Below, one piece after another: positions 27,236-40,662 of a stretch of DNA of 64,000 bases. The stretch comes from Candidatus Altiarchaeota archaeon. Lineage in GTDB: Archaea > Altiarchaeota > Altiarchaeia > IMC4 > SCGC-AAA252-I15. The stretch is taken from positions 22,474 through 86,473 of the forward strand of contig JAZDNF010000013.1 of the NCBI GenBank assembly GCA_043800255.1, read 5' to 3'. The position numbers and the translations under genes were made by a program. Numbering within the stretch: position 1 is the stretch's first letter; every line of letters starts with the position of its first letter. The notes beneath the pieces are model-generated. The model worked only from the letters and a program-made list of their open reading frames with translations. It was not told the DNA's origin and searched no databases.

Positions 27236-28371
27236 GACAGCAGGAACTCTGTCTCATCCTCATCGAACCCGAACCGTTCCCTAAGCTCTTCCGCAGTCGC
27301 TTTCTTATTCTTTAGAAGCGCCCTCAGCAGGGGAACATACTGGGCGGATATCACCTTCGTCGAAGAGTGAACGTGGGGTTTCAGCTTCAACGCGATGCTG
27401 TTCTTTATCGACCTCTCCTTCTTCGTCCTTCCCATGCTGATTATCAGTGATGGGAACCGGTACTGCGCGAACTTCCTCGACTCGGGCTTGAATACGTTCA
27501 CGCCCGCGGTCATGAGAGGCGTCGCATACCTCAGAAAGCCCCAGTACTGTCTGCTCGCTATCCTGCCCAGGAAGATGTCGGCTTTCGACAGGCTGCCGTA
27601 GGCGTCAGACAGCGACTTCTTGTCGTAGAGTGACGGGAGGTTCTCGTCAATCCACAATAGGACGTCCCTCGGCTGCTCGCTCAGGTCGTAGGTAGAGCGC
27701 ATGACCTCCTCCAGGTCTGATGAGAAGAATACTGTGCTCAACGCCTGGTAGATGTCCTTCTCCCTGTCTCTCTGGCTGAGAATCTCAAGATCAGCGGGTT
27801 TTATGACAGCCTTGCCCTCGGCGATGCTCTCCAGGTCGTTCACAGCGCTTCTCACGTCCCCGTTAACGTTCTTGGATATCTCCTCGAGGACGTTCCCCTC
27901 AACCCGCACCCCCTCCTTCTGGCATATGGCTGCGAGCAGCTTGGAGATGGATGCAGGATGCGGCCTCCTCATCTGGATCTTCTCGCACATCCTCTTGATG
28001 CTGCCGAGCTTTTTTGACTTGAGGTCTGAGGTTATGAGGAGGACAGGATTGCGGGCGTCCTTCAGCAGGCCTTCCACCTTGGCCGTCTGCTTCATAAGGT
28101 CGACATCGTCTACTAGGATAAGCTTTCTGCCGCCGTAAAGGCTGCCTGTCTGGGACAGCACTGCCGCGCCCTCGATGTTGTCGTCTGAGACGCTCACCAG
28201 TTCCATGCCAGCGTCTGCGGCAAGGCACTCTATGAGGGTTGTCTTGCCGATTCCCGTAGCACCGTACAGTAATAGGGGAGACGACCAGTCATAGGACCTT
28301 AGACTGCTGATTACAGTATTATTTCCGACAACCTCTGAGAGGGTCTTCGGTTTGTGCTTCTGAGTCCACAT
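27232..28371 (-). CDS. rfcL: Replication factor C large subunit
   Basis: RFC box II-like N-terminus (WTQKHKPKTLSEVVGN), Walker A (LLYGATGIGKTT) and Walker B (ILVDDVD). Confidence 0.7.
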   Translation of the reverse strand: MWTQKHKPKTLSEVVGNNTVISSLRSYDWSSPLLLYGATGIGKTTLIECLAADAGMELVSVSDDNIEGAAVLSQTGSLYGGRKLILVDDVDLMKQTAKVEGLLKDARNPVLLITSDLKSKKLGSIKRMCEKIQMRRPHPASISKLLAAICQKEGVRVEGNVLEEISKNVNGDVRSAVNDLESIAEGKAVIKPADLEILSQRDREKDIYQALSTVFFSSDLEEVMRSTYDLSEQPRDVLLWIDENLPSLYDKKSLSDAYGSLSKADIFLGRIASRQYWGFLRYATPLMTAGVNVFKPESRKFAQYRFPSLIISMGRTKKERSIKNSIALKLKPHVHSSTKVISAQYVPLLRALLKNKKATAEELRERFGFDEDETEFLLS

Positions 28372-28423
28372 CGCTTATAAATACTGTTTCACATTAGGTA
28401 TTATTTAACATAGAGGTGATTGC

Positions 28424-29332
28424 ATGGCCATCGACATCGAAAGCATAATCGCTGACCAGAGTTCTGACGCAGTTGAAGGGATTTTCAACGCTGCGGGCTC
28501 GAGCCTGAATTTTGCCATAATAGCAGCCATAGGTTACGTCCTAGGTTACGTCATATCCCACATAGTGTGGAGGATTCTCAACATCGGGGAACTCCACAAG
28601 GCTGTCACAGCTTACGGTGCCATGACCGCCAAATTATGGTCTTCGATAACGCACTTTCTGACGCAGTATCTGAGGTGGTACATACTGATCGCAATTCTAA
28701 CAACCACTGAGGTGGACATGATAGAGGGAGTCTACAGCTTTATGGCCGACCTCTTCTGGCTGATAATACTGACCATCATCGGCATAGGCATTGGAGGCGT
28801 CGTGTTCAGGATAATAAAAGATGCTCTCGTCCACATAGGCCTCGAGGATGAACTCAGAAAACATAACATCGCTGGAGCGCTCGGAGGCGTAACCCTCTCA
28901 GGGGTTCTGGCCGGGATAGCCAAATGGTATATCATAATAATATTTGTCGCGCAGGGCATCTCCAAACTTCCGCTGGACACGCTGAAAACGTTCATGAGCA
29001 GCCTCGTCACTTACATACCAAATGCCATAATGGGCATACTGGTCATAGTAACCGCCCTCCTGATTTCAGACTTCACGACCCAGAGGATCAGAAAGCGCAA
29101 AGTCGAGTTCGCGGAGATAATTGCCATGGCGGTCGAGGCCATAATAATGTTCTTCGGCGTTGTGCTCGCGCTGCCCAAATTCGGCATCGAAAACATCTCA
29201 GTCCTCGAGGACTCGTTCAAGATTCTCGCAGTTGGGGTTTCGATAGGGCTTGCCCTCGCGCTTGGACTGGGGTTGAAGGACCCTGTATCGAGGATAGGGC
29301 TGAGGATGGAAAAGAAGGAGTTTAAACCCTGA
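28424..29332 (+). CDS. Multi-pass membrane protein, hypothetical
   Basis: About 8 hydrophobic helices. Possibly a conserved-TM-helix repeat protein. No catalytic motif. Confidence 0.5.
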   Translation: MAIDIESIIADQSSDAVEGIFNAAGSSLNFAIIAAIGYVLGYVISHIVWRILNIGELHKAVTAYGAMTAKLWSSITHFLTQYLRWYILIAILTTTEVDMIEGVYSFMADLFWLIILTIIGIGIGGVVFRIIKDALVHIGLEDELRKHNIAGALGGVTLSGVLAGIAKWYIIIIFVAQGISKLPLDTLKTFMSSLVTYIPNAIMGILVIVTALLISDFTTQRIRKRKVEFAEIIAMAVEAIIMFFGVVLALPKFGIENISVLEDSFKILAVGVSIGLALALGLGLKDPVSRIGLRMEKKEFKP

Positions 29333-29828
29333 TTTTGCTGGGGTCTTTTACGACTGACACGCCGTCGGCCTTCTTCAGGGCTTCAATATTCTTCAGGTCA
29401 ACCTCCCTAGGCCATATCTTTATCCTCTTACCTGACGGCAGCTTGGAGTCCAGCTCAGACACACAATCAGTGGGCAGGACTATGACTTTTCTCCTGCGTT
29501 TCAGAAACTGCGCCACGACATTGGAGACCATCGTATCCGCGATCCCGTGCACTATCTTCGCAACCGTGTTGGCTGTGCAGGGCGCTACGACGACGGTGTC
29601 GAACCTGCTGCTCCCCGAGATTGGAGTGCTGTGCCCCTGCGCCTCCTCAAAAACGATTTCAGAGGACAGGTTGCGGATCCTCTCCTCCAGGCCGTACATC
29701 CTAATGACTTCTATTGCAGCGTTAGAGCATGCTACGGTAATCTCATGCCCTTCGGACAGTTTCTCCATCGCCTCAACAGTCTCCTCGAGCAGATGGCCCG
29801 CGCCGGTGATGCACCACAACAGCCTCAT
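29322..29828 (-). CDS. Flavoprotein family (archaeoflavoprotein AfpA / PPC-decarboxylase-like)
   Basis: Flavoprotein N-terminus (RLLWCITGAGHLLEE). At 168 aa it is consistent with AfpA. Confidence 0.65.
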   Translation of the reverse strand: MRLLWCITGAGHLLEETVEAMEKLSEGHEITVACSNAAIEVIRMYGLEERIRNLSSEIVFEEAQGHSTPISGSSRFDTVVVAPCTANTVAKIVHGIADTMVSNVVAQFLKRRRKVIVLPTDCVSELDSKLPSGKRIKIWPREVDLKNIEALKKADGVSVVKDPSKIRV

Positions 29829-29862
29829 TGCAGATACTTAATTAAATAGTAGGGGATATATA

Positions 29863-30420
29863 ATGATGGACGTGCGAATAGACTTCCGCAAAATCCTGAT
29901 TCTTCTGGCTCTGATCTCAGTCGCTGTCACAGCCTACGCCTACCTTTACCTGCCAGCCAGACTGCTGGAAGCTGTCCTTATCTCAGTCGGACTGCTAGGC
30001 GGCGCAGCAGTCTCCTACTATTATTACCAGACTTATGAGATGGAGGGGATGAAGTTGGAGCTGCCTTTGGGGGAGAGCGTCATACTTGCGACTAAGGGCG
30101 CGAACACAAGCATCCAGGTTCCGAAGATGGTTGGAGGCTTCGTTGGAGTGGGATCGCCCATACCGGTGAACCTTTACCTCACCGACAGGAACATTCTCGC
30201 GGAGCCTGTCGAAATCGAGGAATATCTTGAGGAGGGCAACACCTTCGTCTTCATGGTGGACGTTAAAAGCATCCTGAGATTCTCGCACGAGAAGAAGGTT
30301 CTCGCAGACTACATCAGAGTCACCTTCGAGGACGAGAACAGTTATATTAGAGAGGTCCTGCTGTTCACAGGGAAGGACACCCCCAAATGGATTGAAAACC
30401 TGCAGGAGCTCATAGCCTGA
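29863..30420 (+). CDS. Membrane protein, hypothetical
   Basis: Two N-terminal TM helices followed by a soluble domain. No recognised motif. Confidence 0.4.
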   Translation: MMDVRIDFRKILILLALISVAVTAYAYLYLPARLLEAVLISVGLLGGAAVSYYYYQTYEMEGMKLELPLGESVILATKGANTSIQVPKMVGGFVGVGSPIPVNLYLTDRNILAEPVEIEEYLEEGNTFVFMVDVKSILRFSHEKKVLADYIRVTFEDENSYIREVLLFTGKDTPKWIENLQELIA

Positions 30421-30462
30421 TTTTTATTGGCCTAATGTAATATCATTGTCTATTCTGCGAAA

Positions 30463-31890
30463 ATGGCCTTGGAATCAGGAGTTTCAGACGTCATAGAAAA
30501 GGGATTCTGGGATGCGATAACAAGATTCTCTGCGAGGCTTAAATCCTTCGACGATTTTGCGGTTGTGAGCCACCATGACGCTGACGGCATAACAGCCTGC
30601 GCGATAACTGTGGACTTCCTGAAGCAGATGGGAAAGCACGTCGAGTTCGCCGTGATAAAACAGTTAGACAGCAGAACCTTCGAGGACGTCAGGAAGATAG
30701 ATGCCAGCACAGTAGTCTTCACCGACATGGGAAGCGGCCAGCTTAACATGGTGGAGGAGGAGCTCGACGACTTTTTCGTAATAGACCACCACCCTCCGGC
30801 AAAGGAGTCGGAGTCTCAGATTAACCCCCACTCTTTCGGCTACGACGGCGGCTCTGAAATCAGCGGGGCTGGCATGGCCTACCTCGTCGCCAAAGCCGGC
30901 GGCTTCGGCAACATGGCCCATCTCGCGGTAGTCGGCGCCGTAGGCGACATGCAGGACTCTGGCGGCAAACTAAGCTCATTGAACAGGGCGATACTCTTTG
31001 ACGCGATGATGCAGGGCACTGTGGAGCTGGAGAACGACCTCCGGCTTTTCGGAAGGCAGAGCAGAAGCCTGACGCAGATGCTGGCCTACGCCTCAGACCC
31101 TATCATACCAGGTTTGAGCGGCAACCAGCAGGCGTGCGCTCAGTTCATGGAATCGAACGGCATAAAGATCAGGAACGGCGACGGCAACTTCCGCAATTAC
31201 GTCGAACTAACGCATTTGGAGCGGAAGGAGCTCACAACAGCATTGTACATTTACCTCCTAGACCTCAACACCCCGGAGTTCCTAATCCAGCGGATGATAG
31301 GCGAAGTCTACACCCTCTCAAAGGAGGAGTTCAAGACCGAGCTCAGGGACGCAAGAGAGTACTCGACGGTGTTGAACGCCTGCGGCAGGCACCAGCAGGG
31401 CGGGATAGGAGTCCAGGTATGCCTCGGCGACAGGGGAGAGTACCTGGACAAGGCTAAGAGGATGCTGAAGAAGCATCGGAGGGTTCTCAGGGAGGGCCTG
31501 GAGTTCATAAACTCGGCTCAGATTGAGTCCCTTGAAAAACTGTACCACTTCGACGCCTCCGGCAGGATTGACGAGGGCATCATCGGAGTTGTCGCTGGCA
31601 TGGCCTACGGCGCAAGGATAATAAAACCTGACAAGTCAGTCCTGGCATTCGCAGTCGACCGCGACGACCAGAACATGCTGAAGGTCTCGGCCAGGACTAA
31701 CTGGTCTCTCGTCAGGGACGGCATACACTTGGGAGACGCGATGAGGGACTGCTCAGCGCAGTTCGGCGGGGAAGGCGGAGGCCACGACATCGCAGCAGGC
31801 GCCAGGATACCCCTAGACAGGAAAAACGAGTTCCTAGCCTGCGTGAACGGCATGTTCAAAGACCAGACGACGAAAAAAGGCGTTGCCTAA
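30463..31890 (+). CDS. DHH-family phosphoesterase, archaeal RecJ/Cdc45-like (GAN-type nuclease)
   Basis: DHH motifs (VVSHHDADGITA, FVIDHH) and a DHHA1 GGGH motif (GGEGGGHDIAAG). Confidence 0.75.
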   Translation: MALESGVSDVIEKGFWDAITRFSARLKSFDDFAVVSHHDADGITACAITVDFLKQMGKHVEFAVIKQLDSRTFEDVRKIDASTVVFTDMGSGQLNMVEEELDDFFVIDHHPPAKESESQINPHSFGYDGGSEISGAGMAYLVAKAGGFGNMAHLAVVGAVGDMQDSGGKLSSLNRAILFDAMMQGTVELENDLRLFGRQSRSLTQMLAYASDPIIPGLSGNQQACAQFMESNGIKIRNGDGNFRNYVELTHLERKELTTALYIYLLDLNTPEFLIQRMIGEVYTLSKEEFKTELRDAREYSTVLNACGRHQQGGIGVQVCLGDRGEYLDKAKRMLKKHRRVLREGLEFINSAQIESLEKLYHFDASGRIDEGIIGVVAGMAYGARIIKPDKSVLAFAVDRDDQNMLKVSARTNWSLVRDGIHLGDAMRDCSAQFGGEGGGHDIAAGARIPLDRKNEFLACVNGMFKDQTTKKGVA

Positions 31891-31971
31891 AAAGTAAGCA
31901 AATGAGGCTTTTGGGCAAATGAATTCGCTACACAAAAAGTACTTTTAGCTACTTGTTTTCAATGAATTGAT

Positions 31972-33690
31972 ATGCGATGGTTGATTCTCCTTGTAGCGGC
32001 GGTACTGCTAGCGTCCGTATTTGCTGAGGCTTTTCCTCAACTTCCAGAGTACTATGAGAGTTATGTCACAGTCGATGGAATTTATGCATCGAATGGCACT
32101 TATGTTGAGGTTAAAGTTTACGGCACTAATGAGGTCGTGGGTAGCGCAGTAACAAATGAAGGCGGCTACTATGCCTTAACTGTTAACTTTGATGTTGTTG
32201 ATGGTAAGGGGGGCATCGACGAGGGGGCGAACGTAGGAGACCAGTTAGGTTGGTACGTTAACGGCGTTAGTGCAGATAGACCGGCACCCGGATCGGATAC
32301 TGCAGATCCAGGGAGGATAAACCATCTGTTTATCGTGAGCGTCGGGGAGACTCCCCTTAGAATAGTCGATTATGCACCATCGAATTCCACACAAAGGCTT
32401 AACAAGGGTGAGAATATCACCTTTTCTGTAATAGCCATCGGACCCTCAGAGTCGAAGCTAAAATACAATTGGACTATCGATGGAATTGAAAGAAGCACCA
32501 ATAAGAGTTTCACATACGGTTACTCTCCAGAAGTTGTCGGGACAAAGGTTATAAAGGTGCAAATCAGTGATGACTCAGGAGACACGGTTCTTAAAGAATG
32601 GAATCTAACCACCAACACGCGCCCAAGAATATCCCCTCCCATTCCAGCAATCTCGTTTAACAATTCTGCTGTAGTCACTTTCGACTTGATAGAATATGGC
32701 AAAGACAATGAAACCCCACCCGGATTTCTAGAATGGAAAGTCACAGGTGATAGGTACCATCCTCCAGCGTTTGCACACATAGGCGGTCTTAGAAAAACCC
32801 TGAAGATAATCCCCAACCTGGTTTATATCGGCGATGGAAGTTTAGCATTAACGTTAACCGACGCTGGGGGAGCCTCCGTTTCACAAAACATATCTATAGA
32901 CAAGAGCGTCTTCCGTGGCAACACGACAGTACCTCAAATCTTTACCACAACCACTATCCACCAGATAACAGAAAAACCAAGAGAGAGCATAGGGGGAAAA
33001 ATAGTTATATCCCTATTGGCTTTCTTAGTAGTGCTATCAATAATTTTCTTTATAACAAAGTCCAATCAAAAAGCGGTCATCCTCATACTAATATTGTCTT
33101 TTTCTATTGTGCTGCTCTACTGGAATGATTATAAAACAGAGACCAAACCTGTTACTGTAGAATTTGTATCACCTAAAGAACTTAACATAACAAAAGATTA
33201 TGTCCAAATGTGTAGCAATCTCTTCGGACGCTCAGAGGATATTATCGAACAGTTTAGGCTAGATGATTGTTACACCAGCATCGCTGTCTTACTGAGAGAT
33301 TCGTCAATCTGCGAGGAAATAAAGAGGATACATCTAGGATACCAATATGGATGCTATGGTACCAATGCATTATTCTCCCGAAATCCGAACATTTGTCTCA
33401 ATATCGAAAGCGACACGTCTATAGTGGACTGTCTAATTGATTATGCTGATGGATTAGTGGATCCCTCGGTATGTAATGTATTCAAAGGAGATATCGTGAA
33501 GAAGTCAATGTGTAACTATCGCCTTAAGGATGAGTCCCAATTATTTTATCCAAAACCAGAGGAGTATAAATGCCCAACATATAAGCATATAGACTGCATG
33601 CCTATTGTTCCACGTAGTCATACAAAATATTGCTACGGACCTTATCACGAGTGGCTTGAAGAAAACTGCGATATTTATTGGACCATGTAA
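31972..33690 (+). CDS. Surface/membrane protein with an extracellular beta-rich N-region, 2 TM helices and a 200-aa Cys-rich C-domain
   Basis: Signal peptide, two TM segments at about aa 340-385, and a C-terminal region with at least 14 Cys. The gene is visibly A/T-rich relative to its flanks. Confidence 0.55.
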   Translation: MRWLILLVAAVLLASVFAEAFPQLPEYYESYVTVDGIYASNGTYVEVKVYGTNEVVGSAVTNEGGYYALTVNFDVVDGKGGIDEGANVGDQLGWYVNGVSADRPAPGSDTADPGRINHLFIVSVGETPLRIVDYAPSNSTQRLNKGENITFSVIAIGPSESKLKYNWTIDGIERSTNKSFTYGYSPEVVGTKVIKVQISDDSGDTVLKEWNLTTNTRPRISPPIPAISFNNSAVVTFDLIEYGKDNETPPGFLEWKVTGDRYHPPAFAHIGGLRKTLKIIPNLVYIGDGSLALTLTDAGGASVSQNISIDKSVFRGNTTVPQIFTTTTIHQITEKPRESIGGKIVISLLAFLVVLSIIFFITKSNQKAVILILILSFSIVLLYWNDYKTETKPVTVEFVSPKELNITKDYVQMCSNLFGRSEDIIEQFRLDDCYTSIAVLLRDSSICEEIKRIHLGYQYGCYGTNALFSRNPNICLNIESDTSIVDCLIDYADGLVDPSVCNVFKGDIVKKSMCNYRLKDESQLFYPKPEEYKCPTYKHIDCMPIVPRSHTKYCYGPYHEWLEENCDIYWTM

Positions 33691-33846
33691 TTGACTTTTT
33701 GTGCAGGAAGCACTTCTTAGGTAAGCCCGACGAAAAAGTAGCCTTTTTATAGGAGGGTTTCCTAGTCTTTATTCTAAAAAATTATGCTGATTCTGGGTAG
33801 GGTGGAATTTTCTCCCCTATGCCAAGATTTCAGTCGGATAACTGTT

Positions 33847-34302
33847 ATGGCTAGAATGCACGCGCGCAAGAAGGGGAAGTCTTCTTCAAAGAAGCCGGTA
33901 GGCGTTCCCATCAGGGAGTGGGTATCCTATTCTGCCAAGGATTTGGAGGAGATTATAGTGAAGCTCGGCAGGGAAGGGAAAAATGCGAGCGCAATCGGCC
34001 TGACATTGAGGGACCAGTATGGCGTGCCCTCCGTGAGGAACATCACGAAGAGGAGGGTAACGTCGATATTGAAGAAGAACGACCTCGCGCCTAAGATTCC
34101 TGACGACCTGAACAATCTCATAAAAAACGCCGTCAAACTAAGGTCGCATCTGGAGAAGCACGTTAAAGACAAGCACAACAGGAGAGGTTTGACCCTCATG
34201 GAGGCTAAAATCCACAGGCTGTCAAAATACTACAGGAGCAGAGGCTACCTGCCAGAGAGCTGGCGGTACGACCCTCAGAAGGCGAAACTGGAGGGGTTAT
34301 GA
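33847..34302 (+). CDS. rps15: Ribosomal protein S15 (uS15, S13e type)
   Basis: Starts at the internal ATG of the track ORF with MARMHARKKGKSSS, the canonical archaeal S15 N-terminus, and has the S15 C-terminal helix bundle. Confidence 0.85.
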   Translation: MARMHARKKGKSSSKKPVGVPIREWVSYSAKDLEEIIVKLGREGKNASAIGLTLRDQYGVPSVRNITKRRVTSILKKNDLAPKIPDDLNNLIKNAVKLRSHLEKHVKDKHNRRGLTLMEAKIHRLSKYYRSRGYLPESWRYDPQKAKLEGL

Positions 34303-34505
34303 TGCATAAGGCCACGATGCTGACGGAATCCAAGGACGCGAAAAACGTGCTGCTTTCGATTTCCGCGGACAACAAAGGCTACGCCGTATCCGAGCTTTCC
34401 GGCGACATGATAAGAACGCAAGCACATTCAGATAACATTAGGACGCTGCTGTCGACATTGGATGACATGATATTCTGTCAGATGGTGGCGGAGTCGGTTG
34501 CATAA
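34299..34505 (+). CDS. Small conserved protein, possibly KEOPS subunit Pcc1-like
   Basis: 68 aa, overlapping rps15 and rps3ae ends by 4-8 nt. Its C-terminal helix (NIRTLLSTLDDMIFCQMVAE) resembles the Pcc1 LRxxVNSxLRxI region. The assignment is tentative. Confidence 0.35.
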   Translation: MMHKATMLTESKDAKNVLLSISADNKGYAVSELSGDMIRTQAHSDNIRTLLSTLDDMIFCQMVAESVA

Positions 34506-35067
34506 GATGGTATCAAAAAAGGGCATAAGCACTTGGAAGCAGAAGCAGGAGTACCAGATTCTGGCTCCGGAGACTTTCGAGGGGAAGAGGGTTGGTTCGA
34601 CGCTGGCTTCAGACGAGAAGAAGCTGATAGGCAGGAAGATCACAGTATCGTTGAAGGATTTGACTGACGACAGGGCTAAACAGCACATCAAGGTAACGTT
34701 CAAGATCGTTAGCACTTCAGGCAGCAACGCGATCACAAAGTTCGACTCGTTCAACATCGCGATAGGATACCTTAAGTCAAGAACCAGGAAGGGCATGAAG
34801 AAGGTCGACTACATCATGGACCTCAAGGTTTCGGACGCTTCTATCAGGATAAAGACCGTTGTAATCACCGACAAGAGAATATCAAAAAATCAGAGGTCTG
34901 AGATCGCGAAAAAGATGACTGACATCTTCAACAAGTACAGCGGCTTGAAGCTTGATGAATTCGTTCAGCTCACGCTCTTCGGCAAGCTGGGGACCGAATT
35001 GTACCATAACGTGAAGAACATCTGCAGGATATCAAGGGTCGAGGTGTACGAGATCAAGACCCTCTGA
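34498..35067 (+). CDS. rps3ae: Ribosomal protein S3Ae (eS1)
   Basis: S3Ae N-terminal signature (KKGISTWKQKQEYQILAPETF). Confidence 0.85.
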   Translation: MHKMVSKKGISTWKQKQEYQILAPETFEGKRVGSTLASDEKKLIGRKITVSLKDLTDDRAKQHIKVTFKIVSTSGSNAITKFDSFNIAIGYLKSRTRKGMKKVDYIMDLKVSDASIRIKTVVITDKRISKNQRSEIAKKMTDIFNKYSGLKLDEFVQLTLFGKLGTELYHNVKNICRISRVEVYEIKTL

Positions 35068-35482
35068 TCGGATGAACCACTTTCTCTTTTGACAAGTCCA
35101 GTATTATCACCCTGTCCCTGATTTTCTCGAACGCCGCGCTGTTGGCGACAATCTTTCTCGCATCATCAGGCTTGCAGGACGAGTTGGAGCTCAATATTAG
35201 GACAGACCACTCCGATCCCAGTTCAAGTATCTTGAACAGATGCTTTGTGAGCTCTCCCATGGTGGAGAACTCCGCGTAGAATGCGACATTAGGTTCGACC
35301 CATACCAGATCCACCTTGCCCAGGTTGACGCCATGCTTTATCACTGACGCATTCTCCATGAACGTGAACCCAAGCCTCCCGCCCAACAGCCTGTAGTAGT
35401 CGACTACCGCCTCACGGAACGGCATCTTAGAGCCTGAAACGTGCTTTTTCAACTCCCCGAATTTGCTCACAGTCTGAATCAT
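35054..35482 (-). CDS. Hypothetical protein
   Basis: 142-aa ORF with coding-like composition. No motif recognised. Confidence 0.4.
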   Translation of the reverse strand: MIQTVSKFGELKKHVSGSKMPFREAVVDYYRLLGGRLGFTFMENASVIKHGVNLGKVDLVWVEPNVAFYAEFSTMGELTKHLFKILELGSEWSVLILSSNSSCKPDDARKIVANSAAFEKIRDRVIILDLSKEKVVHPIRGS

Positions 35483-35525
35483 CTTCCATCCTTCTGCGCC
35501 CCGCCCATGTTTTACTATTTGGGGT

Positions 35526-39133
<3,608 letters not shown>

Positions 39134-39153
39134 TTATAGGTTTGAGTGTATAC

Positions 39154-40314
39154 TCACCAGTATTCTCCCTTCAGGTATTCCCTCAACAGCGAGGTGGCAT
39201 AACACCCTTTTGGAAGGGAGAACGAGATAATAACCTTCGTGAAACCAGCGTTAAGCTCGTCCCCGCCCGCAGACTCAAACCTGGAATCCATCACCGGGAT
39301 GAAACAGTCCCTGTACTCTCCCTTGGAGCTGAGCTCAGGCATACGCCCAACCTTAAAATCCTCAGGGGATACGTTCTCACCGTCCAGTATCGAGGCTGTC
39401 ACCTCATCCAGCTGGGTCTCATAACCAGGCAGCGGAAGCCTCTCGACATCAAAACCTTTTCGGATATACTCTGACAGCGCGAGGTTGAACACGTATGACT
39501 GGTAGGCGTGGACGAACATCCACCTCAGCTTCTGGGGGATGTTCCTGAGAGCGCCGACATGGTCTGTCGGCTTTTTCACAAGATGGTTCAATAAGGCGTG
39601 CTCATAGCCCAGATGCTTCGGGAAAGACCTGATAGCCTCACCATAGTCTCCGCTCTCCCAGAAACGCTGCCTTGCGCTGTCACTCTCCCCTTCTTCAACT
39701 CCGAAAGACTTCCCCAAGTATATCCTGACAGCCTCATTGAAATCCCCGCGCAGTATCTCCCTCCCGACAAGATGCGTTATGGGCCTCTGGATGCCGAACC
39801 GCTGGACTCCGTAATAGTTCGGGAACCCTGAGGATAGCTCGCCTGCAATCGCGTCAACCCTCCGCCTGACTTCATCCTCTGGCAGCACTATCTTTCTGAC
39901 GGTTACCGAGAACCTGTTACCCTCCAGGTCGCCGAGGTTTATCCTGTCATCACTGTGGCTGAAGTCTGAGAGCATTATGTCTTTTATGCTGACCTTCTCC
40001 AGGTCTTCTAGCTTGACATCCCAGACGGAGACCCTCTGCCTGGTCACAGCCCGCCTGTCTTTTGTCCCAGCGAAGCCGAGCCGCTTCTGGCTCACCCTCA
40101 GTCTCTGAGAGATCTCCTTTATTGCCCTTAGGGTGTCCCAGTTCTTCTTCTCCAGCGTGAAATGGATGTACTGGCCTTCCTCTTCAAGCCTCTCCTCCGC
40201 AATCTCCTCGACGATGAAATCCTCAGGAACCTGCTTTATGACGCCGCCCACGCCTTCAGCTCCGGATTTGTAGCACCTCATGCCAACGGCACGTTCCAGT
40301 TCCGGCGGTTCCAT
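39154..40314 (-). CDS. truD: tRNA pseudouridine(13) synthase TruD/Pus7 family
   Basis: TruD catalytic region ([13 protein letters not shown]) and a TRUD domain. Confidence 0.75.
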   Translation of the reverse strand: MEPPELERAVGMRCYKSGAEGVGGVIKQVPEDFIVEEIAEERLEEEGQYIHFTLEKKNWDTLRAIKEISQRLRVSQKRLGFAGTKDRRAVTRQRVSVWDVKLEDLEKVSIKDIMLSDFSHSDDRINLGDLEGNRFSVTVRKIVLPEDEVRRRVDAIAGELSSGFPNYYGVQRFGIQRPITHLVGREILRGDFNEAVRIYLGKSFGVEEGESDSARQRFWESGDYGEAIRSFPKHLGYEHALLNHLVKKPTDHVGALRNIPQKLRWMFVHAYQSYVFNLALSEYIRKGFDVERLPLPGYETQLDEVTASILDGENVSPEDFKVGRMPELSSKGEYRDCFIPVMDSRFESAGGDELNAGFTKVIISFSLPKGCYATSLLREYLKGEYW

Positions 40315-40367
40315 TTACGGGTCTGCCTCCATGCTAAATTATTAACCTGGAATGTAAATACAATTCC

Positions 40368-40661
40368 ATGTACGCTGAAGCGCAGAAGCAGGTCAGAGAG
40401 TATGACAGGCGGTTCGGCTGGGATTCGGACAGAGCCAGTCACATCGCATTGCACATTCAGGAGGAGCTTGGAGAGGTCGCGAGGAGGGTTCTCAGGGATG
40501 AGGGCTACAAGAAGGAAAGATTCGACAAAGGCGAGCTTGCGCAGGAGCTCACCGACATATTATACCTTACATTGAAGCTGGCCAACAAGTATGATATAGA
40601 CTTGGACTCTGAGTGGGAGCTTATGTGGAACAGATTCAAGAAGAAGACGAGCAGATTATAA
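40368..40661 (+). CDS. MazG-like nucleotide pyrophosphohydrolase (single domain)
   Basis: 97 aa with the EExxE..E..D metal-binding helix pattern (EELGEVARR, ELAQELTDILYL). Confidence 0.7.
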   Translation: MYAEAQKQVREYDRRFGWDSDRASHIALHIQEELGEVARRVLRDEGYKKERFDKGELAQELTDILYLTLKLANKYDIDLDSEWELMWNRFKKKTSRL

Positions 40662-40662
40662 A

